This document shows, in pieces, positions 36,701-47,976 of a stretch of DNA of 64,000 nt. Both the position numbers and the translations under genes were made by a program. Under the pieces are notes generated by a model. It did not search any database. It was not told where the DNA came from and saw only the letters and a program-made list of their open reading frames with translations. This stretch comes from Utricularia gibba. Its lineage: Eukaryota > Plantae > Magnoliophyta. Positions within the stretch are counted from its first letter, which is position 1. The number at the start of each line of letters is the position of its first letter. The DNA lies in contig NEEC01000008.1 in the NCBI GenBank assembly GCA_002189035.1, forward strand, positions 930,001-994,000, given 5' to 3'.

Positions 36701-39182
36701 GAAGAAGGCAGGTTGCGTTTGCTTCAATTGCTTAATCGATGCATGATTAGTGCAAGGAAAACAGATTTGAGAGCAATACCTCCTTGCGTAAAGAAGATAA
36801 CACTTGTGGATTTTTCTGAGGTACATGCGGATAGTTATAATCAGTTGGTAGAGACAGTTCGACGAAATATTCTAATGGCTGACTGGAATGATCCATCTCA
36901 TGTTGAGAGTTTACTGAACCCAAAACAGTGGAAATTCCGGGCAGCCACCATAAGAAATTTAAGGTTGTCATGCTGTGTCGCTGGTCATGTGATGCTAAGG
37001 AGTGCTGAGCAAGATATTCAAGAAACTATGGAAATCCTGGTGGGTAATGGTCTGGATCCCGTGACAAAGGAGCATGATGCTATTGAACAGAGTCTGTTGT
37101 TTGGAGGCCATTGCATGAGGTATTAACATTTTCCTAATGCTGTATTCTTTTCGTTATTGCAATTTTTTTTTATTTTCTGGGGCCTTTAAATGTTAGGTGC
37201 TTGGAGTGGTGCCGTTTGCCAATCATTACACCTTGTAGGCACCTTTTATGCCTGGACTGTGTATCAATGGAGACTGAAAAATGTACCTTTCCTGGATGCG
37301 GTTACTTGTATGAAATGCAGAGCCCAGATGAATTAGCACGCCCAGAGAATCCTAATCCCAAGTGGCCCGTGCCAAAGGATCTCATTGAGTTGCAGCCATC
37401 ATATAAACAGGTTGGTCGGGATATCACCCTATACACTTGTATCAAGAGGTTAAGCTCATGGAGTCTTGTTAGAATTATGTGCAACTCTACTCATTGATTC
37501 ACTACATGTAGTGTGTTAGTGTCATGCACATTTGGTTTGTTTGATATATCCTCTAATTCAGTTGGCATCTCGAGCAAGAAAATTTGCCACCAAATTATTT
37601 TATTGTTCATATTGAAGTAGTTTATAATTACATGCTCCTTGTTGATATATCACCGTCTGAAGGATGTTGCAAATCCCAAGTTCTAGTTATCAAATGCTCA
37701 TTTACTGGGCCATCTTTCTTTCATGTTTCCATGGATGCTTCTGGTGAACACAGGATGACTGGAACCCACATTGGCAATCGACATCTAGCAGCAAAGTAAC
37801 GTATCTTGTTGGCCAGTTGAAGGAATTACAGAAAATGAATGGCATGATCATGTCTTCCTCTGAGAGAGTAGATGTTTCTATGAGCAATTTAGAGATCGAT
37901 TCAGAGGCATGTTCCAAATCTGCAAATGATTGTGTATATGTTCTTGAGAAAGTTATTGTTTTCTCACAGTTCCTTGAGCACATCCACGTCATTGAAAAAC
38001 AGGTATTTGTATGAAATAAATTTATGACCCTGTGGATTTGGTATCTTTCTAAATTGTGCTTATTGCAGTTAAGTATTTCTGGAATCCAGTTTGCTGGACT
38101 TTACAGCCCTATGCACTCGTGCAATAAGGTAGGTTCTTTCTTCTGCTTCACCAGTTTGGAGTGAGCTGCTTATGTTTTTCCTTGTTTATGGAACTAGATT
38201 AAGTCACTGGCCAGTTTTCAGCATGATCCAAATTGTATGGTTCTACTGATGGATGGAACTGCAGCCTTAGGTCTTGATCTAAGCTTTGTGAATCATGTCT
38301 ATCTCATGGAGCCCATCTGGGATAGAAGGTATTGGATGCACAGGCTTTCCTTACAATTATCTCCATTCTAGGCCCATATGATTCAGAAGTTGTTGGGGAC
38401 TTGAATTTACCTGCTTTCTAGGTAGATGTAACTTGATTCAGAAGTTAGCACTTCTCACATAATTTAGTTTTGAGATTCATATTGATTCTTAAACTGAATG
38501 GTATCTAGTGATTTTTTCCATGTATCCAGTTTCTTATGTCTAAACCTCTGGAATCAGTTTCTGAAGTATACTATTTGTGCGTCAATGTCATACCAGTATG
38601 GAGGAGCAGGTCATTAGTCGTGCTCATCGAATGGGTGCTACACGGCCCATTCATGTTGAGACATTGGCGATGAATGGTACTATTGAAGAGCAGATGCTGA
38701 ACTTTTTGCAGGTAATATGATTGTTTCAATATGCTTTCTCTCCTTTCGAGACTTGGGGCTAGTAGGTTCTCTATAATTAGTAAATTAATATTTAATGTAT
38801 ACTATGTGCACGGGAAAACTCCTTTTGTGCTTTGCACAAAGTTAAGAATATGCGTGAATATAGTAGAACACCTGAAATGAATAGAAGGATGAAAAAATGA
38901 AAAGGTGAAAGAAAAAACTAGCTCTGTGTAGGATACAATGTCGAGCTTCTCTTATGTAATGTATTTCACATTCTACCATATAAGTAACTTAGTGCTTGTA
39001 TACAAACTTTGCAGGATGGTGATGGATGTGAAAGACTGGTGAGGGAAAATTTTAATTTAAAAGAGCGAGAAGGGACACACTCATTTCGAACATTGCATGA
39101 TTTTGCGGAGAGCAATTACTTGGCCCATCTTCGCTTTGTGCGATCAAAATCCAAGATGAACAAGGTTGCATTACTTCCCTGA
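33702..39182 (+). CDS. F-box + SNF2 helicase + CW zinc finger + RING protein (At3g54460-like); apparent -1 frameshift near 34040
   Basis: DHKLCGYLRAV, VLVDVYLPIAVWSGWQFP, F-box LSDDIMMNILAML, LKLYPHQ, GGLFCDEPGLGKT, WVQCDACRKWRK, MLDEGHTLG, CRHLLCLDC, QVISRAHRMGA; ends ...KVALLP*. Confidence 0.9.
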
Positions 39183-41023
39183 TAAATAAACTTGAGTATG
39201 CATGCTAGCAAAACTCATTTTTCATGTCATCAGTAAATGAAAAAAAAAATGTCTTTTTCTTTTCTGAGGGCATGCTGTAAATAATGCAACAGTGACAACG
39301 TTCTCATTTTCTTTCCCCTAATCTCAGTTCCAGAAGTTTCCCATCTACTTCAACAGGTTTCCATTTATTTTGGTTTGGTTGCAGGTGCATCTCTAGATTA
39401 AAAGAAGCTGATAGATACTCCCTCCATTTACTAGTCTCTCAAGGTCTTCCACTTCGCATGAACATTCGGAGTTTGCAGCATTTCCTTGGGAACGATAGAA
39501 CAATTTTTCTGTGGAGGTGATCGATGAATATGGAGATGAGACAAAGAAGGGCGTGCTGGAGCCAGGAATAGGCATTGAGCAGATCCTGTGAGTTAATGTC
39601 AGGGCACCTGCTCCAGGCTTCTCCCTGTGCGAGAAGAAGTTGTTGGCCAGTTAGTTGATGACCAGTAACATACCAGCAGGAGAAGCAGCAGCTTCCCTAT
39701 CAGAAGATCGCCTTAGTAGAAGACCCTGCTCTTCTTCTTCTTCTTCTTCCTCTTGCTGAAGAAAGCTAAATCAACCCGGACCGCCGTCGGGAAGGCTCCG
39801 GCGCTGCCTGCTCCCATGTCCTCCGCCGGAGGAGCTACCTCGGCCTTCTCCGCCCTCTACATGTATCATTAGATCATCTAACTCTCACTTGTCGCGTCCT
39901 GAACCCGACCCGAACCCGGTTCTAGAAGTTCGGGTCACCATGACGGGCTACCAAAAAATGAAAATAACATTATTATTTAAAATATATGCGGTTACAAAAA
40001 TCATGTCTTGAAAAGCACGAAAATCACATTATGAATTTTAATTATTAAATAATATTGTTTGTCGAATATGTCACGTAATTTGCGAGAAATGGAAACCAGG
40101 CTTATGATAATTAGTTACACAATTAGGGAAATTTAGTTCAGAATTTGTATAATTAATTGCAATGGGAGAATTTTTTTTTTCCGGTGGACCAGCTGGACCG
40201 CATCACACGTGATAACCAGCTCATTCTTCAAATCGTCCTCATTCTTCCCCCAAATTTCTTCGTGCGGTTTCTCGCTTTTAGGGTTTCTATCTCCATCCGC
40301 CCGTAAGCGTTTGGCTGATTTCTGTTTTCAGAATTTGGTTTTGTTATCTCTGAACAATTGTTGCGTGGATTAATCCTTTGCTATGTCGCTATTTGGCGTT
40401 GTTGGAGTTCTTTGTCGTATGTGTTTTTTTTGAATTATTTTCTCTTGATTTTCAGGGGATCAGGAGCCGAATAGCTGACAACGAATATTACGAAGTGGTA
40501 TGTTTAATCTTTTTAGTATGGTTGCTGGGTTTTCTACCTTGCGTTCGTGGTTCAGATGTAATCTCGCTTTGATTTGAGAAGGGATTGTTCTTGACAGCGT
40601 TCCTCTTTTTCTCCGTTCCTGATTTCGTGATTTGCAGAGGGATTTTTGGATTGAGTGTGGGTATTATTTTAATTGATGTCGCGGTCAATGTTGGTTAGTA
40701 GCCTTTGAAGTTTATGCCTTCACGTTGAAGGAAGGCCTTTTCTTCTTCACCTTTAAGTTAGTATTCCTGTTTAGAAAATCACGCACGTGCCCTTCGACGT
40801 GTTCTATTGAAATGGGTTCACCTAAATTTCAGTCTTTATACCATGTTCTTTGAGTTTTAAGGCTTTTTAAACGTAATCATATCAGGATATCTTGGTATAT
40901 CCTTCATATGCCTGTGAATGCATTTGATTTTCGTGCAGTATTTTTTTTTGTGTGTCCATCCCTTCTGCTGCATGATGTTATTCTATTTCATGTTGTGATT
41001 TTATATTTCAGAAAGCAGCGGCA

Positions 41024-41542
41024 ATGGAACAAAATGAGACCGGTTGCCAAGCTCCTCAGGCTCCTATCCTATGTGTCAACAACTGTGGATTTTTTGGGAC
41101 AGCAGCAACAATGAACATGTGCTCCAAATGCTACAAGGACCTTGTTTTGAAGCAGGAACAAGCCAAGCTCGCTGCTTCATCCATCCAGAACATCGTTAAT
41201 GGCACATCCAGTGGTTCCCAAAAGGACTCCAGCATCTCTGTGGTGACCGCAGCCCAACCTTCTGTAACTTTGCCCACCACCCCAGCGGCTGTACCACAGG
41301 CTCATCCCTCCTTGCCACCTACAGAAGAAGCCAAGGATGTGAAAGAAGGCCCAAAAAGATGCGGCTGCTGCAACAAGCGTGTAGGTCTCACCGGCTTCAA
41401 CTGTCGCTGTGGTGGCATCTTCTGCTCCATTCACCGGTACTCCGATAAACATGAATGCCCCTTCGATTATCGCTCTGCCGGCCAGGAAGCCATTGCAAAG
41501 GCCAACCCAGTCGTCAAGGCAGACAAACTGGACAAGATCTGA
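41024..41542 (+). CDS. SAP: A20/AN1 zinc-finger stress-associated protein (intronless CDS, 5'UTR intron about 40303-41011)
   Basis: [24 protein letters not shown] (A20); [38 protein letters not shown] (AN1). Confidence 0.95.
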   Translation: MEQNETGCQAPQAPILCVNNCGFFGTAATMNMCSKCYKDLVLKQEQAKLAASSIQNIVNGTSSGSQKDSSISVVTAAQPSVTLPTTPAAVPQAHPSLPPTEEAKDVKEGPKRCGCCNKRVGLTGFNCRCGGIFCSIHRYSDKHECPFDYRSAGQEAIAKANPVVKADKLDKI

Positions 41543-42004
41543 CTCTTCCTGGTTGAACTCAATAAAAACTTGGCCATATCTGAAAGTTCAAGGAGAGCAG
41601 CCAGCGGCCCTCTGCTCTCAATGGTTAGAATCCAAAATGTGTTGGGGTTGGCCGCTTATTCTAGTGGTTGTTTGAGTTATGGTCTGCTGGTCTTTGTGAT
41701 GTGGAGTTTGTTTCTTCCTGCAATACTATGTCTCTCTCTCTGTTTGCTATGTCGAATGTTTCTTCTGGGATGCAATAGCTTAGTTGCTCCTCTCTTCTTC
41801 CTCACAGGCTGAAGTTTGTGTTTTTTTTTTTTTTTTTTTTTTTTGTTCTTTTGAAAGAATGATAGAAACGCCAAAATATTGGGTTTATTAACCATATTAT
41901 TTGTTTCTTTTAATTATTAAAAGAATAATTAAAAAGAATAAGCTCAAATTTTCTTGAAATTGAAAAAAATATATACGCATTTTTTAATCCGATATTTAGT
42001 GAAC

Positions 42005-42112
42005 TGGGCCGTGCCAATGTATTTAGTGGGCTGGTCTATTGGGTTATAGGCCCACTATGGACGTATCGCTTTGCCTATATAATGATGCCTTTCCCGGGGA
42101 GCACTAGGGTTT
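42005..42112 (+). promoter_or_regulatory. Site II (TGGGCY) motifs plus telo-box in the RPL31 promoter
   Basis: TGGGCC (about 42005), TGGGCT and GGCCCA upstream, and TAGGGTTT at 42105-42112. This is the known plant ribosomal-protein promoter module. Confidence 0.7.
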
Positions 42113-42129
42113 TCCGCAGGCCGGCGAAA

Positions 42130-42962
42130 ATGGTGGTTAAGGGCGGTAGCAAGGCGAGGAAGGAGGATATCGTCACCAGAGAGTACACTGTCAACCTCCA
42201 CAAGCGCCTCCATGGATGGTACTCTTTGCTTACCTGAAACTTTTTCCGATTATCGTTGCACCAGTCTAGATCCGTGGGTTTCCCTAGTTCGTTGTAGGGT
42301 TTTGCTCTCGTATTTTTTCGTTTTACGGAATGTCTAGCCGCCTGGGGTAAAAAACAAATAGATTCTTCTAGGGGAATCGTTTATTGGTGGTGTTGAAAAG
42401 ACGATATTTGATTTGAGATTTGTTTGGCATGAAGTAGTTGACAGTTTGTTATACCAAAATTTACTGATGGTTCCTCAGTCAGAGTTGCTCCGTTCAGTGC
42501 GGTCTCTCTTATTTTCAATTCGTGTATATCAACTGCGTCAAAATGATTTTTTGATGTGTTAGTTCCCAAGAAAGGGAGATTTCGTGATGAAATGCTATCC
42601 ACATGTTGGATCATCAGATTTTGCTTTCAAGGGCTATGTCGTAGTTCTCGTTGTCTCAATTACACCCCTAATGTAAATGCAGCACCTTCAAGAAGAAGGC
42701 CCCGAAAGCCATCAAAGAGATCAGGAAGTTCGCACAGAAGGCCATGGGAACAACAGACGTCAGAGTTGATGTGAAGCTGAACAAGCACATATGGAGCCGC
42801 GGAATCCGCAGCGTCCCACGACGCATCCGCGTCCGCATCGCCCGAAAGCGGAACGATGATGAGGATGCCAAGGAGGAGCTCTACTCTCTGGTGACGGTTG
42901 CTGAAATCCCAGATGGTGGTTTGAAGGGGCTGGGCACCCAGGTCATCGAAGACGAAGTTTGA
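42130..42962 (+). CDS. RPL31: 60S ribosomal protein L31 (exons 42130-42218, 42683-42962)
   Basis: [74 protein letters not shown]. Confidence 0.97.
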
Positions 42963-43607
42963 TCACTGCTGCTCCCTCCCTTAGATTTCTTCTTATTCCA
43001 GGGTTTTGTCATTCAGCACCTTCTTGTTCCTTTTTTATGCGTGACTCCATTCACATATCATGACTCAATGTGTCATTTTGATTTTACATGTTTAATATCA
43101 TCGTGATGTTGACTAAAAACACAGGAATGGAATGCCCTGCAAAACCGAGCACCTGGGAATGTGAGTTCTCTCCAATCTAATCAGATTGGAAGGAGATAGC
43201 AAAAGTTAACCCCCAATTTCTAGTGCAATACAATGCTTGTTGCCCCTCAAGAACAGTGCTTGAGATCCGTATCCAGAATTTCGCTTCTCACCAATTGCCG
43301 ATGTAGACACGCGTCCTGTTACACAACGTGGGAGAAGCCACCACTCACACCTAGCCCCTTGGGGTCCAACGAGAGGAGCCACCTCACCAACCGAACTCGA
43401 ACATCTCCGACGAGGTTCTATATTTACAACCCGTTCACGAGCCATGAGGATTCTTTCCCACATCAAAATTCATATCGACTTTTGAGGGTTGTCCTGAACC
43501 ACCACTCACACCCTAACAATACACAAGATACATGACTTAGAGAATGTTTGATAGTATGCTATAGAAAATTTATATTTAAATTTACGTATGTATTATTATT
43601 TGATTAA

Positions 43608-43630
43608 TTAATATATATATATATATATAT
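43608..43630. repeat. (AT)n microsatellite in a very AT-rich intergenic tract
   Basis: Run of alternating AT; a second shorter run lies near 43710-43723. Confidence 0.8.
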
Positions 43631-44684
43631 CAATTTTATATGACTATATTATTTATATACTCATTTTTTAAACATACGATTGATATACATAAATAAAGTG
43701 AAGTATTAAATATATATATATATATCATTTGTATATTTAAATTTCTATTTTCAAATATCAAATATTATATATATTTTATTATATTATATCTAAATATATT
43801 AATAATCAATTATCAAATGATCTTTTAGACCAATTGTAAAACCTTGTATTGAAGCTTGATTGTGGGATTTTTTTGTGCTAGATTCTTAAACAAATTATAT
43901 CTAAAGCCTATCAATTATAAGTATTTTGTAAAAAATTTAAATTCTAAACAAAATTTTGATAAATAAATTTTGATGTGGCACAAATTTATTTCAGTTCTCA
44001 TAAGCGACTCAAACAACTTGACAAATTGAACACATAGTTACTTGATTTAGAATCATCAAATTTTTACACAAGTGGAGCTTGAATTTTAGTTACTTCTTTG
44101 AAATTTATATTTTTTGGTTCAAATCTATAATATGAAAATTTTTCGAATTTTGAAAATTATTTGGAATTCACCCCAGAAATTGAAATAAATAATGTTTTGA
44201 AATCAAATACTAATAAGGCCCGGCCCATAGTTAGTTGGGTCTTTTAGGCCCATAATGAAGCTGATAAAGCCCATTGTGTTGTAGCGAGCCTTCTTCATCA
44301 AACGCGTAGAAATGTCCGTGGCAAAAGCAGCCGAGGTGTGGCCTTTGCTTTCCGTGCGGGCAAGCTACAAATCTGATCGGATTTCGAACCGATCACACGA
44401 CACCGGCATTTGACAGATCTCATCAGTTCGAGACTTTGGTCGTATCTCCGATCGGATTTAGGCAGGTTTTCTTATTGCGGGTTTTTACTGTGATTTTTTA
44501 AATAGAAAAAGTGAGAAATTGTGGAGGGTGTTGTTATCTATCATCTAGGTTGATGAGGCTCAGTTGTAGGAGTCCCATTTACCTTTTCTGATTGGTGATC
44601 GGCGGATTTTGAGATTGTGTAGCGGTGTTTCGGAGATGTAATTCGAAGCAGTTGAACAGGAATGTTTTTCTTTTGCAGAAAAGA

Positions 44685-47007
44685 ATGTGGAAGTTTAAAC
44701 ACTTTGCACATAAGGAGCAAACCGGGCTCGAGGGCCGTATAGTGGACGTTGGAAGTTTCAAGATTCAAGTTAGAAATGTGATTGCAGAGGGCGGATTCTC
44801 GAGTGTTTACTTGGCTCGAGATTTGCTAAATGCATCGAAGCATTATGCACTAAAGCAGATTATCTGTAACGATTCAGAGTCTCTAGAGCTAGTGATGAAA
44901 GAGATTTCTGTTATGAAAGCACTTGCAGGGCATCCAAATATCGTCTGTCTAAATGCGCATGCTATTTTCGATATGGGTCGCACTAAGGAGGCTTTACTTC
45001 TTATGGAGTATTGTGAGAAATCACTCATTAGTGTGCTTGATGGAAGAGGAGCTGGGTTCTTTGAGGAGAAACAGGCCCTTACGATTTTCCGTGATGTGTG
45101 CAATGCTGTATTCGCAATGCACTGCCAAAACCCTCCCATTGCACACAGGTAATGAATTCCTAGTGCTTCACTTTGATATGGATGCTATGCTAGATTTTAA
45201 GTTTTTTCATTTTGGTTGCATTGTTAAGAGACTTGAAGGCTGAAAATCTTCTATTGGGTCATGATGGTTCGTGGAAGTTGTGTGATTTTGGTAGCACGTC
45301 CACTAAGCATAAACGATTTGAGAAGCCTGAAGAAATGGGAATTGAGGAAGACATCATAAGGAAACATACAACACCTGCATATAGAGCACCTGAGGTACAT
45401 CGTTGATTCACTATAGCGTAATCGTCCTCTCAAACGGTGTAATTTTTAATTCTTCTCCATTTGATGATAGATGTGGGATCTGTTTCGGAGGGAACCAATA
45501 AATGAGAAAGTAGACATATGGGTAAGTGGTTTTGTTTGCTGTCTGACTTTTCGAGAAATACTTAGTGCTTCCATCCGCTTTCCTTCAGGCCCTTGGGTGT
45601 CTACTTTACCGAATCTGCTACTTGAAGTTGGCATTTGATGGCGAGTCAAAGCTGCAGGTTCTGAATGGAAATTATCGAATCCCAGACTTGCCCAAGTACA
45701 AAAAATCTCTGACAGATCTTATCAGAGATATGCTCCAACCTTCACCTGAGGATCGACCAGATATCACGCAGGCAAGCATTTTGCTTGATTGGCCATTCAC
45801 CCCCAACTTAGGTTGGTTATAGAATTTTCACGGCCATATCCATCTTGGCAGGCTGGCCCCAATAATGGCTACTAATTGTCATTTTTTGTACATAGGTTTG
45901 GTTTCGTGTTAATGATCTTTTACTAGAAAGCGCACAGAAGTCATTACCTGATAAGCCTCCTGAAATGTCAGAACTCAAGAGTGATGCTCTTGCAGGTTAT
46001 TCTTTACATTGTGCCAGAATATTCGTTGAAGTTCTGAAGTGCATCTTTTCCAACAAATGCTTCCTTGCATTTGATCCATCTTGCATCTGCAGGCATCTCA
46101 AACTCTATAAATAAGTCTAGTCCGGCGTCTCGTTTCAGTCCTCCGAGTGTACATCAAATATCAGCCATAAATAATTCTAGAGCAACTGGGACTGAACCAT
46201 TAGGTGCTTTCTGGAGTACTCAGCACGCAAAGGTTGATGCAGGGGCCTTTCGGAATGATGCTTCCAATTCAATCATTCTAGAATTTGATGGTAATAAACA
46301 GAGGCCTGTCGGCAACCCTCAGAATGCGGGGAAGGAAATGGCTTTGGAAGCAGAGGTAGAAAATCTCAAGAAACAGCTTGCACATATGACTGCTGAGAAG
46401 GTAGATATGAGCTCAAAATGCGAGAAGCTAGCAGCAATATGTCGGTCACAGAGACAAGAAATACAGGATCTCAAGCATGCTCTAGCTGCAAGAACCCCCT
46501 CCCCACAGAGCAGGGATTCCTCCAGAGCATCTACAGGGAGCCAATCATTTGGAACTGCCATGGTACCATCTTCTCACCATCTGGTCCTATATAAACCTAT
46601 TGATTCCCTCTGCTCAGCGTTTCCATTTTTTCATGAAGGAGAACGACAAGATTCAAGGAACTGTCTTGGAACTTCAACAGGCTTTCTTCAATGAGGCATC
46701 TCCCAGCTCAGACTCTAACCAGTGGCATGCCTTTGACGATGAGACAAAGCCTCCTTTATCAACAAACAACGCTCCCAGATCTTTTAGAACAAAAACCAGT
46801 CAACCAAATAATCAGGTGTCCCCTCAACCATCGTCAGTTTCAGGTTCCTGGGAATTCGAAACTGGGAGTTTCAAGGCAGCAGCTCCAGCTCCCATCTCTG
46901 AAGTAACTACATCCATTGGTGGACTAAAAATTCCTCAGCGTTTAGGTGAGACAAAGAGCACTAAGAGCAAGTTAGAATCTCAACCTGCTGGATGGGCTGG
47001 CTTTTGA
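44685..47007 (+). CDS. NAK-family (AAK1/BMP2K-like) Ser/Thr protein kinase, At2g32850-like
   Basis: VIAEGGFSSVYLA, AHRDLKAENLL, LCDFGS, TTPAYRAPE/MWDL, EKVDIW/ALGCLLY; C-terminal coiled coil; ends QPAGWAGF*. Confidence 0.92.
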
Positions 47008-47976
47008 TTCAGGCTGTGAATGGAACAACAGGTGATTCATTGTCTGGAAGCCGCTCGTTTTCCTTGCTGCTTTACTATATCTTTCTTTCTGGTGCTGTGA
47101 TGGTAAATGATCTCTGTACTATGCCATCATTCCATCTGTAATCTTTGCTCCTATATCTTATTGATCCCAGCTTTTGAGTCGAGCTTAGAATCATTACAAG
47201 AACATGTACTATGTGATCCATCAACCCTACAAAAATAGAGGGATCTCTGCATTTCCAGCACTCCATCTTTGGAAGTATATTCATTATACTTAAAATGTTG
47301 GCAATGAGGATAAATTGTTTCCTAATCTTGTTTACGCCTTCAAATACTGATTGTCTTATATGAAATTGTTTGTTTTGGATACTCACTTCTCATAATTTTA
47401 TATTCTATTCTTTCAAAAAAAAAAAAATCATATGTAATATTAGATAATTCATTTTTATATAAATTGTTCTTTTATTTCATCCTTAATTGATGTACCTAAT
47501 ATATTTCTAATTTTTATTGAGTCGAATCCTTCGGACTCTTTTGGAAATCCAATGTTCTTGAGTTTTATCCCTTTTTTGGGCAGAATTGTTACCTAATCAT
47601 ATTTTTAATTGAATTTTATTAATGAAATAAGTTTAATTCTTTTTTTTTACTTTACCAATTAAGTTTGAATACATATTTATAAAATATATCTATCAAATGT
47701 TTTTCAATTATAGTTATATAATATTTTACTAAATATAAATAATTTAAATATATTATTAATTACATTATTATATGAAAATATTTTTCATAACAAACCTTGG
47801 TTAGGAGGAGAGAAGAGGCTCACACTTTCTAACCCTCGGAGTTTGTAAAAAAATCAATTTTGTGATCGCACAGAGCGCAGCACGCAGGTTTGAGGAATTC
47901 CCTCCCCTATTTTCCTCGAGCAGTTTCGTCGGGTTTCTTACCTGAAAGCCGCCGGCAATCACGAATTCAGTTGGGT

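Noticed and set aside
42219-42682. Intronic C/D snoRNA in RPL31 (GTGATGA near 42585); similar box-C-like words near 53213 and 54149
   Set aside because: No convincingly placed CTGA D box with a terminal stem, and no rRNA-complementary guide recognised.
43456-43465. TCCCACATCA resembling the snRNA upstream sequence element
   Set aside because: It mismatches the consensus, with no TATA at the expected spacing and no recognisable snRNA downstream.
44374-44427. Minus-strand CTGATGAG...GAAA resembling a hammerhead ribozyme core, also a T-arm-like GGTTCGAAATCC hairpin
   Set aside because: Stem II pairs poorly, there is no stem III partner with NUH in the right place, and no tRNA D-arm or acceptor stem. 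It lies in the kinase 5' leader.
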